Of a stretch of 64,000 bases of DNA, positions 23,700 through 35,837 are shown piece after piece. Below the pieces are notes generated by a model. That model ran no database searches. It saw only the letters and a list, made by a program, of their open reading frames with translations, and was not told the DNA's origin. Every line of letters starts with the position of its first letter. Position 1 is the stretch's first letter. Source of the DNA: Eledone cirrhosa (Eukaryota). The DNA is taken from positions 288,982,001 to 289,046,000 of the forward strand of contig OZ024742.1 of the NCBI GenBank assembly GCA_964016885.1, read 5' to 3'. A program made the translations under genes and the position numbers.

Positions 23700-24156
23700 A
23701 CCTCATAAATTCTGTCTCCAAGTACATCTTAGTGGTTACTGTCATCTAGTCGCTACCCTATCACTATGTCTAATGTACCCTATAGCAGTTTTCACATGTC
23801 AATTCCATACATCTGTATCATATCAGTCTGTTTAACATGCTAGATTCTCCATTATACTCTATCTCTTACTTACATTGATGTTATTATTTTAATTGTATGC
23901 TATCTAGTTATTTTATTTTATTATTGATATTATTGTTCTGGTTTAATACCACACTTATATAAAAACCATGCCTTATGTATTTTCTTCATTTCACCCACTC
24001 CGATGAAACAGACTGGTTATAAACAAAGTATTGGAGATCGATTGGCGCAAAATCAGGCGTATAGCGAACTCTAGACCTGCCAGATCAAAGAAACAATTGT
24101 CAGCAATGTGAATAAAGCCCTTATTGTATAGCAAACCGTGTCAATTTTCTTTCTTG

Positions 24157-24160
<4 letters not shown>
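23700..24160 (+). mobile_element. Putative Penelope-like pseudo-LTR with a degenerate hammerhead
   Basis: CCGATGA at 24000, GAAAC-AATT-GTC at 24090-24101, then AATAAA; ends in (TA)n. The left boundary is uncertain. Confidence 0.4.
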
Positions 24161-24199
<39 letters not shown>

Positions 24200-24203
<4 letters not shown>

Positions 24204-24327
24204 AAATAAACACATGAAACAATCATAGGGGATATTTGACGCTCTAGTTAAACTTTAATTAGTTACCTACCTAGCTATGTGTGATTACACACTTTCCCCT
24301 GTGATTGTTTCATGTGTTTATTTTAAA
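24200..24327. repeat. Fold-back mini-element with about 33-bp inverted arms in (TA)n
   Basis: TTTAAAATAAACACATGAAACAATCATAGGGGA versus TCCCCTGTGATTGTTTCATGTGTTTATTTTAAA. Confidence 0.85.
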
Positions 24328-24337
24328 TATATATATA

Positions 24338-24856
24338 TCATCATCATCATCATCGTTTAAACGTCCATCTTCCACGCTTGCATGGGTTTGGACGGGAGTT
24401 TTCCCACTTGAGGCAAGATTGGTTGCCTTGCTCGTATAGGACTGTCTGGCGGGTTTTCTACGGCTGGATGCCCTTCCTAACACCAACCACGTTTACAGTG
24501 TGGACTGGGAGGTTTTTACCGTATTACCTACACGGCCACATTACAGCGTGGACTGTGTTTTTTTTTTTCGTGACACCTACATGACCTCATTTATTTCGGA
24601 CTGAATGTTGTGGTACCAACATAAATTTACATCGAAAGGGGTGGTGTGGATGGGGTGGGGGTGGTGTATTTTTGTTAGAGGTGTCTACTGACTGTAGGTT
24701 TCACTTTGTACTTAGGCAAGGCGGGTCTTCTGTATTACTGTGTAACGCCAAAGATCTCGGTCCAGTGACATTGTCTTGGAGAGGTGTAAGTGTGCGAGGT
24801 CGGAATTTATCAAGTCGTCCCAGGTTTTTCTGGGTCTGCCTACTCCGTGGCTACTG
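24338..24856 (-). mobile_element. RTE LINE 3' fragment
   Basis: Matches 5700-6240; (CAT)n tail next to (TA)n. Confidence 0.9.
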
Positions 24857-25004
24857 TGTCAATCAATTTCTAGTTGATATAAAATGCTCGGATCTATTCA
24901 TTGGATCTATTCTTTGAGCTTATTCTACGGTGGATATGGTGCATGTCTCAGACATGATTCCCTTAATTTAATTTAATTAAATATATTTCGGATATATATA
25001 TATA

Positions 25005-25655
25005 TCATCAGCATCATCATCATCATCATCGTTTAACGTCCATCTTCCACGCTTGCATGGGTTTGGACGGGAGTTTTCCCACTTGAGGCAAGAGTGGTTG
25101 TCTCGCTCGCATAGAACTGTCTGGCGGGTTTTCTACGGCTGGATGCCCTTCCTAACACCAACGACGTTTACAGTGTGGACTGGGAGGTTTTTACCGTGTT
25201 ACCTACACGGCCACATTACAGCGTGGACTGTGTGTTTTTTTTTTGTCGTGACACCTACACGACCTCATTTGTTTCGGACTGGATGTTGTGGTACCAACAT
25301 AACTTTACATTGAAAGGGGTGGTGTGGATGGGGTGGGGGTAGTGGGACGGCGGTGTATTATGTTAGAGGTGCCTACTGACTGTAGTAGGTTTCACTTTGT
25401 ACTTAGGTAAGGCGGGTCTTCTGTATTACTGTGTAACGCCAAAGATCTCGGTCCAGTGACATTGTCTTGGAGAGGTGTAAGTGTGTGAGGTCGGAATTTA
25501 TCAAGTCGTCCCAGGTTTTTCTGGGTCTGCCTACTCCGTGGCTACCGTCTATTTTTATTGCCCTGCACTTTTTTTTATACAGCTGTCGTCTTTCATGCGC
25601 ATCACCTGACCATACCAACGTAGCCTTCCCTCGAGTAAACAGCATCTGATCCCTC

Positions 25656-25662
<7 letters not shown>
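25005..25662 (-). mobile_element. RTE LINE 3' fragment embedded in (TA)n
   Basis: EIRGIRCCLL...GRPRKTW...KTRLT plus 3' UTR; (TA)n on both flanks. Confidence 0.92.
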
Positions 25663-25684
<22 letters not shown>

Positions 25685-25687
<3 letters not shown>

Positions 25688-25935
25688 TGATTATATGTTG
25701 GTTGTTTCAGTGGATTCCAGTTCCTTGGAGGACTAACAACACACCCAGGAGCAGGACATATCGATGTATTGACAGAGTGGAACACACTTCAACAACATGT
25801 CTACCTGCCTTTCCCACGCTAATTCGGACTGCCTGAAGAGGTCACAGCCAATAATAGCTGTCACCGAAATATATATAGCAGAGAATTTATAACAAACGAA
25901 GCCAAATTTTACATGTTTGACTTATTTATTTTATA
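25685..25935 (+). mobile_element. Putative Penelope-like pseudo-LTR fragment carrying the hammerhead
   Basis: About 250 bp of non-microsatellite sequence bounded by (TA)n on both sides and containing the hammerhead. Confidence 0.5.
25829..25881 (+). ncRNA. Minimal type I hammerhead ribozyme (Penelope-like retroelement type)
   Basis: Helix I CUGC/GCAG; core CUGAAGA; helix II GGUCACAGC/GCUGUCACC with 1 mismatch; GAAA; palindromic AUAUAUAU helix III; AUA cleavage triplet ending at 25877. Confidence 0.75.
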
Positions 25936-25951
25936 TATATACACACACATT

Positions 25952-26053
<102 letters not shown>

Positions 26054-26344
26054 CAGGTGATAAACATATATTCATGTCAACAACAAACCAATCAAAAACA
26101 ATTAATTAACAATTATTTACACAATACACAATAGATATATACCTGCATATCATCAGGATTATCAAAAGAGATTGAATTTAACCAAATGTATATATATCAA
26201 GAACACAAGCAGTATCAAATGTTGAACAGAGACAAGCACTTGAAGAATGCATGTGAGGCTTGGTAGAAGTACGAAGTGGTAAATATGGTGAAGAAGTGTG
26301 TTTTTAGGCTCTGGTAAAAGGCAGTACATATTATCATTATTATT

Positions 26345-26532
26345 ATGGCAGTATTGGTAGAGGGTGGGAATCCATGCTTTGCAGCATAGAGTTACGGCCC
26401 TTTACGGTATGAGTTCAAATCCCGCCGAGGTTAACTTTGCCTTTCATCCTTACGGGGTCGATAAAGTAAAGCACCAGTAATGCACAGGGGCCGATTTAAT
26501 CGACTTTCCTCTCCCCCCAAATTAGTGGCCTT
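26345..26532 (+). mobile_element. tRNA-derived SINE
   Basis: Same head and core as 22803-22995. Confidence 0.85.
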
Positions 26533-26702
26533 CTTCCACACTAGCATGGGTTAGACGGGTTTGTCCCATTTAGAGGCAAATTGGGTCGGGTGACCGTGTC
26601 TCGCTCATATAGGACTGTTTCTGGCTGGTTTTCTATGGCTGGATGCCCTTCCTAGCGCCAACCACATTTACAGTGTGTGCTGGGTGCTTTTTGCTGTCTC
26701 TT

Positions 26703-29700
26703 AAATAATAATAATAATAATGAAATATTGTGTACAGTGCTCAGGTGCACTACAACTCATCAAAAAGTGTATGTATAGTACATAGGGTTTTGTACAAACG
26801 TCAGGAAAATGAACAGTGCATGAATCATGATATACACGTGTGCATGTGTATGGAAGGGGTACATCAGGTGTAGTTTTGGCGAATTTCGGGAAGCATGAGG
26901 GTTTTAGAGGATGCAGTGTCTCGGCAGCTAACAACTGACGCAGGCAGTTTGTTCCATGCTTCAGAAACTCTGAGCGTGAAAAAATGTTTCCGAAAGCCAT
27001 GAGAGCTGCGCTGTTTTCTGATTTTGTAGGCATGTCCACGTGTGTTAGACACATGGAGATAAAAAAGGTGCTCAGGGTTGTTGTTGGTGAGATGGTTAAT
27101 AACTTTGTGGGTGTTTAGCAAGTCCATTGCCATATGTCGGAGCTTCAATGAATCCATGCCCAGGGAAGCAAGGCGTTCAGAGTATGGTAGGTGTCTGATG
27201 GAGGGTATGCGCTTGGTTGCACGTCTCTGAACAGTTTCCAGGAAGTCAATGTTCTGAGCAAGATAGGGGTTCCAGACTGATGATGTGAATTCCAAGTGTG
27301 GTTGTACCATAGCTGTATACAGCTTTAAATAGATGGCTGGAGAGCGGCTAACAAAGGTCTTGTTGAGTGATACCAAGACACCCTCGGCCTTCTTGACAAT
27401 CTTAGAGACATGCTTTGTCCAATGCAAATCGCTGCTGACAGTAATGCCCAGGTCACGTTCACAAGAGGACTTCTTGATATCAGTGTTGTGGAGGGAGTAT
27501 GTGGACGCTGGATTTTTCCTCCCAAAATGCATGGTGGTACACTTGTCCACAGCCAGCTTCAGTTGCCAGTCTGTGATCCATTGCTGCATTGTGTCCAGGT
27601 CTGATTGTAGGAAAGAGTTGTAGATTCCAGGATCAGTCCTTTTGATTTCAAGGTACAGCTTGATGTCATCTGCATATTTCAGTACCGTGGCATTCTTTAA
27701 GTTGGTATCTATGTCATTAATATATGCCACAAACAAAAGGGGACCAAGAACAGATCCCTGTGGTACAACAGATGACATCTTATATGGTGGAGAATGCTGT
27801 CCTAGAACCGTGACTACCTCATTTTGGCTGAGAATGAAGGATTTCAACCAGTTAAAAAGATCATCCCTCACACCCATTGCAGAGAGTTTTGCCATAAGTC
27901 TTTTGTGTGGTACAGAATTAAAAGCCTTAGCGAAGTCAAGGTAAACAACATCCACCCATGAGCCTCTGTCAGTGATCCGGGTAATGTCTTCAAGGAACTC
28001 GATAAGCTGATCACAGCAGCTGGAGTTAGGGATAAATCCAAACTGCGAGGGCCGGATGAGGCAGTGAGAGCTCCAGAAGTTCCAAAGTGTTTCTCTGACA
28101 CAGGATTCCATCAGTTTGGCAATACAGCTAGTAAGACTGACTGGACGATAGTTGACAGGTGACGTGCGGTCACCCTTTTTGAACAGGGGAATGACACTGG
28201 CAGTTTTCCACTGCTCTGGAGTAGCACCATTGTTGAGACAGTATTGAAAGAAGAAAGAAAGCTGGTGCAAAAGGAAGTACCCGCCACGTTTGAGAAGCAG
28301 GTATGTAACACCATCAAGACCAGGGGAGGCATAGTTGCGCTTATTCTTAAGGTGACGTCGCAACATTGCAGGTGTAAATTCCATAGTTCTTATGGAATTT
28401 GATGTTAGAGATGGTGGAGATGGTACATTCTGGTTTTCAACAGAAAAAATGCTTGCAGAGCACTCAGTAATGAGTTCTGCGCATTCTTTGGGATCGTCAG
28501 TGATCTGGCTTGTGTGGGGATTGCGAAGAGGACCAACTGGAGAGTAAGGTCTCTGCTTTGAATGAACATATTTCCAGAACACCTTACTGTCAGGATTGGT
28601 TGCTATGCACTGTTCAAATTCAAGCACTGCCTTTTTTGTCACTTGCTTGAGATGGTTGGAAGATTTATTCTGCTTTTTTCTGTTGGCATCTGATTTATGC
28701 AGTTTATATTCCCGTTCAGCGTTTCGACGTTCTTTCCTGGCAAGTCGGACCGCTGAAGTTTCCCAAATTGCACTTTTGGGGTGGGTTTTTTTCTGCTTAC
28801 GTGGCACCGATGCTGCACACGCTATCCATATTGAGTCCAGGATGCTCTGGAGTATAGTGTTCACATATCCAGAGTTATAGAACTCATGCCAGTTTGGGCG
28901 CTGTAGCTCAGTGCAGTACAAGTTCCAATCTGCTTTCTTCCAATCAAAGCAAGCAGATTGGAGATGGTTCTGATTTTTGTTGCTGCCCACAAGAGCCAGA
29001 TTGGCAATGATCATAGCATGATCAGAGTCGCCTAGAGGTTCCTCAGTAGTACAACTGATAACCACTTCAGGAGTAGTGGTGAAGATCAGGTCCAAAGTGT
29101 TGTCACCTCTTGTTGGAGAGGTGACTACTTGTGACCAGTTTGAGTCCAGCACTAGCTCAAGGAAATCGTTTGCACTTTGTGGCCAACGAAAGGTTTCCCA
29201 ATCGATCTCAGGATGATTGAAGTCACCTGCAATAAACACATAAATGGCTGTTTTCCTGGCAGCAGCTCTGAGGATATCGCAAAGCTGTGTGTCCTGATGG
29301 TAGTTTGGGAGGGGGGGGGGGCGATAAACAACACCAAGCAGAAGTGTTGACATGGTCATACGTATGTCACAAAAAAACAACTTCTTGTGATTCGTTCAAA
29401 TCAACGCAAGGAATTACCGAAAAGTTTGAACGAACGTAGACCATCACACCACCACCACGGCGATTAATGCGGTCCTTGCGGAAAAGGTTGCACCCAGTAA
29501 TGCTGAAAACCCCATCACAGAGTAAGGAATGTGCCCAGGTTTCCGTGACTGTGATGAAGTCAGGGTCGATGCTTCTGACGTAGGAGTTAAACAGATGTAT
29601 CTTGTTGCATAAACTAGAGCATTTAAGGACAACAATTTGTACCCTGCTTGCAGTTTATGATGGTGTGTAGAGGATGGCAGGTTGTTCTGGTTTAGTTTCC

Positions 29701-30020
29701 CAGAGTTGTTGCAGTTTTTTCATTGCAAGTTATTGTGGGTAGAGCACACTCAGACCAGCTGGTATCTTCCACGTTTCACCAGCCTTAACAAACCTCCAGA
29801 TCTGCCCATCATCACGCAGACTAAAACTTTCATGTTGTGCTGAGTTCTGATTCAAGGAAGCTGCAGCACGTAGCTTTGGACGTACATGGGGTGGTAGGCC
29901 TGGGCGTGTTCGGAAGGTAATCCGATTTTCACGCCCAGCTTTAACAGAGGCCAGATGATATGAAATTGCCTCAGCGGGGTCTGAAAAAGACAGCCTGATG
30001 AGTCTGGGTTTTCATTTCTT
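26703..30020 (-). mobile_element. CR1-clade LINE, near full length, nested in an RTE 3' UTR copy
   Basis: (ATT)n tail at 26703-26721. The host RTE UTR is split into 26530-26700 and 30021-30110. Confidence 0.9.
26864..29640 (-). pseudogene. CR1 endonuclease-RT ORF (838 aa open, plus a frameshifted endonuclease N-terminus)
   Basis: TETW, FRKDR..RGGGV, VYRPP, GDFN, LDLIF, SDH; NYRPVSLTS, YLDFAKAF, PQGSVLGPLLF, YADD, RDLG, TRGH, RKHFFTLRV..WNKLP. Frameshift in a poly-T run near 29375. Confidence 0.92.
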
Positions 30021-30232
30021 TTACATGACCACTTTACAGTGTGGGTTGGATGCTTTTTGTCGTGATACCTACACGACCACTTTACAGTGGAAGTTTGTGG
30101 AACCAACATTACATAGACTCACACATAGGCATATATATGTACACATATACATGCATACACATATAGTGTATATATATACATATATACACACACATGGTCA
30201 ATATATACATATTTGTGTGTATAAACACATAC

Positions 30233-31547
30233 CATCATCACCTCCGTCTTACGTCCATTGTCAATGCTAGTATGGGTTAGATGGGTTGTCCTGTTGTGGG
30301 CAATCCTAGGTCAGGTGACCATGTCTTGCTCATACCGGTCTGGTTCTGGCTTAGTTTCTGTAGCTGGATGCCCTTCCTAATGACAACCTCAATTTACAGT
30401 GAGTACTGGGTGCTTTTTATCGCGACGTCTACATGACTACTTTACAGTCTGGGCTGGCTGCTTTTTGTCATGACACCTACACGACCACTTTACAGAGTGG
30501 GCTGGGGGGGCTTTACAGGATGCATTTACTTTGGCCTGTCCTCCTGGGGGTGTATGGGAGGGTGAGGTGGGGTGGTGCATACTGTATATACGCTTCAGCT
30601 TGTGTTCGTGGGAAGTCAGGTCTTCTGTATTACTGTGTATCACCAGAGATTCTGGTCATGCGTCATCACCTTTGAAAGGTGCAATTGGGTAAGGTCGGCT
30701 TTTATCACCTCATCCCAGGTCTTCCTGGGTCTCCAAGGCTACCATCGACTTTGAGCGCTCTGCACATTTTTATGCAGCTGTCATCTTTCATACGCATCAC
30801 ATGTCCATACCAACACAATTTCCTCTCCTGCACACAGCATTTAATTCCTCTCTCAGTTCATTTATGCTTTGTTGTTCTCGTATATTACTATTACACATCC
30901 ATCGGAGCATGTAAGCTTCATTTCTGTCCAATCTATGCACACAGCACCCAGGTCTCACTACCATGCAACATAGCTGTTCATACACATGCATCATACAGTC
31001 TGCCTTTCATTCTGAGGGAGAAGCCTTTTGTAGCTAGCAGTGATAGTAGCTCCCTGAACTCCCTCCATTGCATTCTTACTCTGGCTACTGTACTTTCAGA
31101 ACACCCACCACTGCTGCTAATTCAGTCACTTAAGTAGCAAAAGCTGTCTACTGTTTCTACAGAGCCCTCCCAGAATTTAGTAGTGCTTATTTCCTGCAGT
31201 CGTTTGCTGGTTACTGTTCCAGTGCAACTGCTACATGTAAAGCCTACATTCTTAGCTAAACTTCCTGAAATCCCACTACATCTCTTATGTATCCACAGTT
31301 TGCATATGAGGCAGCGGATAGAGTTTCCATCTACGCCTTTCCTACATACTGAACAAGGCCATTTCCCCAAGGGGATCTGGGTTCTGTTTTCTCTTCTACT
31401 AGTCTTTGTCAGGTTGACTAGGCCCTGCTTCCATGTTTGGATATTCTTCTCTAGTTCCATCATAGATTTAGCTATAAGCGTAAGATCATCCACATACAGA
31501 AGTTCCCATGGGCAGCCGGTCTTAAACTCCTCTGTTATAGCCTGCAA
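30233..31547 (-). mobile_element. Degenerate RTE LINE (second subfamily) with the PHD-type finger
   Basis: GCPWELLYVDD...GKWPCSVC..CLIC.LWIHKRC..FTCSSC..FCYLS, followed by 3' UTR and tail. Confidence 0.88.
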
Positions 31548-31654
31548 TTAGATAATAAACAGGTACAGGGTAAGTATATCTTCTTTTTCTTCCACTTATT
31601 CATGAGAGGGTCATGGGGACAGAGTCCTCAAACACTCCTATATATATATATATA

Positions 31655-32054
31655 CAGTTAGAAAACCTCCCCAAACCAAACATACACCCCAACCCACTAC
31701 CCTACTCCATCCTTCCACTCCTGCCAACACCACCCTTTCTCTATAAAGTTATGTTGGTACCACAACATCCAGCCCAAACTAATGAGGTCGTGTAGGTGTC
31801 ACGACAAAAAAAAAAACAAAAAGAAAAAAAAACACAGTCCACGCTGTAATGTGGTTGTGTAGGTAACACGGTAAAAAGCTCCCAGTCCACACTGTAAATG
31901 TGGTTGGTGTTAGGAAGGGCATCCAGCCATAGAAAACTTGCCAGAAAGTCCTATACAAGTGAGACACTGTCAACCGATCAGTCTTACCTCAAATGGGACA
32001 ATTCCCATCTAACCCATGCTAGCGTGAAAGATAGACGTTAAATGATGATGATGA
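31655..32054 (+). mobile_element. RTE 3' UTR-only copy in (TA)n
   Basis: Matches 2020-2390; GAT tail then TATATA. Confidence 0.88.
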
Positions 32055-32534
32055 TATATATACATTTTCTGTCAAGAAAATTACACCCATAAGGCATGGG
32101 TAAAACCAAGGTGCCATGCGATGTTACTGAACCCAGAAATCCCTGTAGTTTTTTAAGCAAACTCCTTATCCATATAGCCATGCTTCAGACTATCAGATCC
32201 CATGTGTGATATTATAGATGCATCTCAGGATTTGAAGCCATTAGAAATAAAGTGATGCTTACATCAAATATGATGCTTACATCCTCCCCCTGCCACTAAT
32301 TAAGTAGTGTTGCCATGATATTTTATTAACCTTAATTTTAGAAGTGTTGCCATGCCAACTTCCTTAAAAGGTAACATAATCCCTGGCTTCTATTAACGTA
32401 AATAAGACCTGCAAACATTTCATCTGGATGTTGGATCTAAGCTACACATTCATACACACACACACATATATACATACACATATATACATACCCACACACT
32501 CACGCATATACATACACATATGTACATACATATA

Positions 32535-33127
32535 TGGTGGCTGCCAACTCGTTTTCGAGTACGGCCACTACTTTATATCCATGTAGGAGAACCCCCACCG
32601 ATGCGCTGAACGAGTGACTTTTTAGTCCAGCCTGCGACTTGAAAATTCTGGTACAAACACTACACTTGTGACAATTATTGACAGATAGTGCTAGGCCCAT
32701 GGTACCATGCGACGACAAGCGCAGAGAGATCTTCAGATACAAAGCAATGCCTGTGTTGTGAAGCTTTTATAGTGAGCAAAGGCACTGCACAAAGCCAGTC
32801 CCACTCTCTTAACCAAGATGATATTTACCAAAAAGAAGAACACGTCAACATCATTGGATACCATCAGGGTTGCAGGTGTTCTATCAGAGTTTTCCTTCTC
32901 CTAGAATTCTGCCTTGACAAAGGCTAAGGGGTCATCTCTCCCGGTGATTTTGGATGGCCATGGACTCTTAAGAGCTCCTTTGCCCTTTGACAGGTTTTGT
33001 TTTTAGTCCTGCAGGATGTCCAAAGTCACCCTCCTCACCAAGAAACCTTGGTGGGGTTGCCAGTTTAGTCGCCAACGACCCGACCATGAGACAGGTTGTA
33101 CTGGAATACATGTTACCAGTAGCACCA
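32535..33127 (-). mobile_element. Internally deleted RTE/BovB-like element (5' UTR joined to a C2H2-finger 3' end)
   Basis: Minus strand has CTAGGAGAAGGAAAACTCTGA (recalled as RTE 5'-region-like) and HKCSVCTRIFKSQAGLKSH; flanked by TA/CA microsatellite. Confidence 0.55.
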
Positions 33128-33279
33128 ACATACATATATACACATACATATACACACACATATGTACATAGACTCACTTACATATGCATACATATATATA
33201 TATATATACCAGTAGCACCAACATACATATATACACATACATATACACACACATATGTACATAGACTCACTTACATATG

Positions 33280-33327
<48 letters not shown>

Positions 33328-34253
33328 CATATTATTCAAAATATTAACAAATGGAAAATATTCTCATAATCAAAATATATACTTTATTATATATATTTCA
33401 AAGGTACTGTGTTGTTTTTTCAGCACGTCCTCATCAGACAAAATATATGATTTGATATATGACATACCGCTACAGTCTTGATTATTCAATTCCAGTATTG
33501 AGTAATCAACGAACCATACTAATCTTTGGTTATATACATACATACATAGACATACATACATACACACTTACGTACATACATATATATACATACACACACA
33601 TACATACATACACATATATACATACATTCATACATAAATACATAGACATACACATACAGATCCAACACATGTATGTATATATGTAAGCTGGCTGTTCTGT
33701 TAATCAAACAACTAGAAACACTCATCGTTGATACCAGAAGCTTCTGGTAGATTTTCATTTTTCATTCCTGTTCAGGATTTCACATCTATTCAACCTTTAA
33801 ATGGATGGTGAATTGGAAAAGTTGTTAGAACAGATAAAATACTTTGTAGTATTTGTCCCAGCTCACTGCTGTCTGAGTTCAAATCCTATTAAGTTAAACT
33901 TTGTCTTTTATCCTTTCAAGATTAATAAATAAAATACCACTTCCATACTGTGGTCAATTCTTCCTCATTGTCTTTATCAGTATTCTTCTCTTTCATCGTA
34001 TCTCTCCTTTTCTGGAAGAAATCAGCTGTGTTTGGACCTGGAGAGAGATGGGCTCTCCCAGGTTTAAATGCCTGAGATATGCTACCTGAAACTGCCCTGC
34101 CTGTTTTAAAGTGTTTCTACTTATATCAAAGACTTCCATCACAATTTATCTAAGAAATTTTGCTATTTTATATTTCAAACACCAACTTAATAATGAGGAA
34201 GTTAGTTATATTACTAAGTCTTTCAAAATCTTGATTATTTTGAAAATTATTTG

Positions 34254-34445
34254 TGGTTAGAATGTCTCAGGAAAAAATTGCTGAACAGATTTTATGGGCT
34301 AAACTAACTGGCAAGAGATCCAGTGGTAGACCCCTCCCTTCCCGAGCAAGATGGTTGGATAACATCCATGAGCTTGGCTGGTCATGCTTGGTGATCCAGC
34401 CAGAACAGTTGGAGACGGTTGCTTCTGACAGGACCCGCTGGAATA
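34254..34445 (+). mobile_element. Fragment of a third RTE family, inserted in a piggyBac-like MITE remnant
   Basis: VVRMSQEKIAEQILWAKLTGKRSSGRP..RWLDNI; a sibling lies on the minus strand at 48625-48930. Confidence 0.7.
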
Positions 34446-35837
34446 AGTGGGTGAAGAAGAAGATTTTAAAATCATAGGCAATATCTTTCAATAGAAATAT
34501 GGTAATGAAAGGGTTAATGTGTTTATCTTTATCTAAAAACATTCCATCATAGTTTTATATATGAACATTTATTATGTTCTAAACACCAGCTTGATGACAT
34601 GAATGGGAGTTATATTACTAAATCCCTCCAAATTCTTGATTACTTTCACCATCCTGACCTAGTTGAGCCCATCTTTCTCCAGGTCCAAATACAGCTGATT
34701 TCTTCCAGAAAAGAGAGAGACAGTGAAAGAGAAAAATACTGATAAAGAAAATGAGGAAGAATTGACCACAGTATTCATCATCATCATCATCACCGTTTAA
34801 CGTCCATTTTACCATGCTAGTATGGGTTAGACGAGTTGTCCTGTTGTGAGAAATGTTGGGTCAGGTGACATAGATGCAGACCCCCCCCCCCCCTCAACAC
34901 ATCTCAACATATATTGAGGTCAGTGTTTCAGGTTTTTCCTTACATCACAAAGAACTCGACTGTAACAGGGGCTGTACATTTGGTTACCCCTTAATCATTC
35001 AATAATTTACTTTCGTGAATCTTTGACATTAGGATTAACTATCTTTGTAACTGTACAACATCAACAATTTGTATTCCTTCACAATTTATCTTCTATTAAT
35101 ATATTTTCCTAATTCATTTTTCTTAATTTATTTAACATAACACTCGCAGCTAAGTTTTATAATTTTAATAATTTTTTGTAATCTTTATAAATTTTATAAT
35201 TTTTGTTAATTTTATAATTTTTGTAGCCTTTTTAATTTATTATAACTGTTTATAACATTTTATTTTTTTTATTATTTCATACAATTTCTATAATATTTAT
35301 GCTTTTATAGCTCTTATAATCCTTTAAGTTTTCACCGTCAGGCTACGTTGCTTTCTGGCCAATATCTTCAGACACAGAGCTTAATGCCCCTAGACTTCTG
35401 TTGCAGTGGAATGCTTTGTTGGGATTAATGAATGGCATTTTCTGAGGACAGTAAAATTTCTGTTGTCACCTAACAACCACCACTTCCTTTATCACACCTT
35501 TCAACCCACAATGCTTAGAATTGAGGTATATGTGCCATTTTCCATTACAATAACATTGAATTGGTGAGCCATCCCCAAACCAAATCTATCCTTTATTCTC
35601 TGTTTGTGTTTGCTGTAATCCTGTAATCTTATATAACTAATTCTGCAATCAACACCCGATGAAATCGCCTAACTCTTGCATCATGATCGGATGATGAAAC
35701 TGGGCCATTGAAATATGTATAATGTTTTTGCAAAATTAAAACTTTAAAGAAAGTTTCCAGTCCAGCCTTCTGTCGTTTTTAATGAATGTATATATATATA
35801 TTGGGAGGACATCCAGTATATATGTATATATATATAT

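Noticed and set aside
29960-30005. Hammerhead at CTGATGAG (29996)
   Set aside because: I could not build a GAAA partner with helix II, or a valid UH site with helix I.
33410-33440. Minus-strand CTGATGAGG...CTGAAA hammerhead-like core
   Set aside because: No helix III or UH cleavage triplet follows the GAAA.
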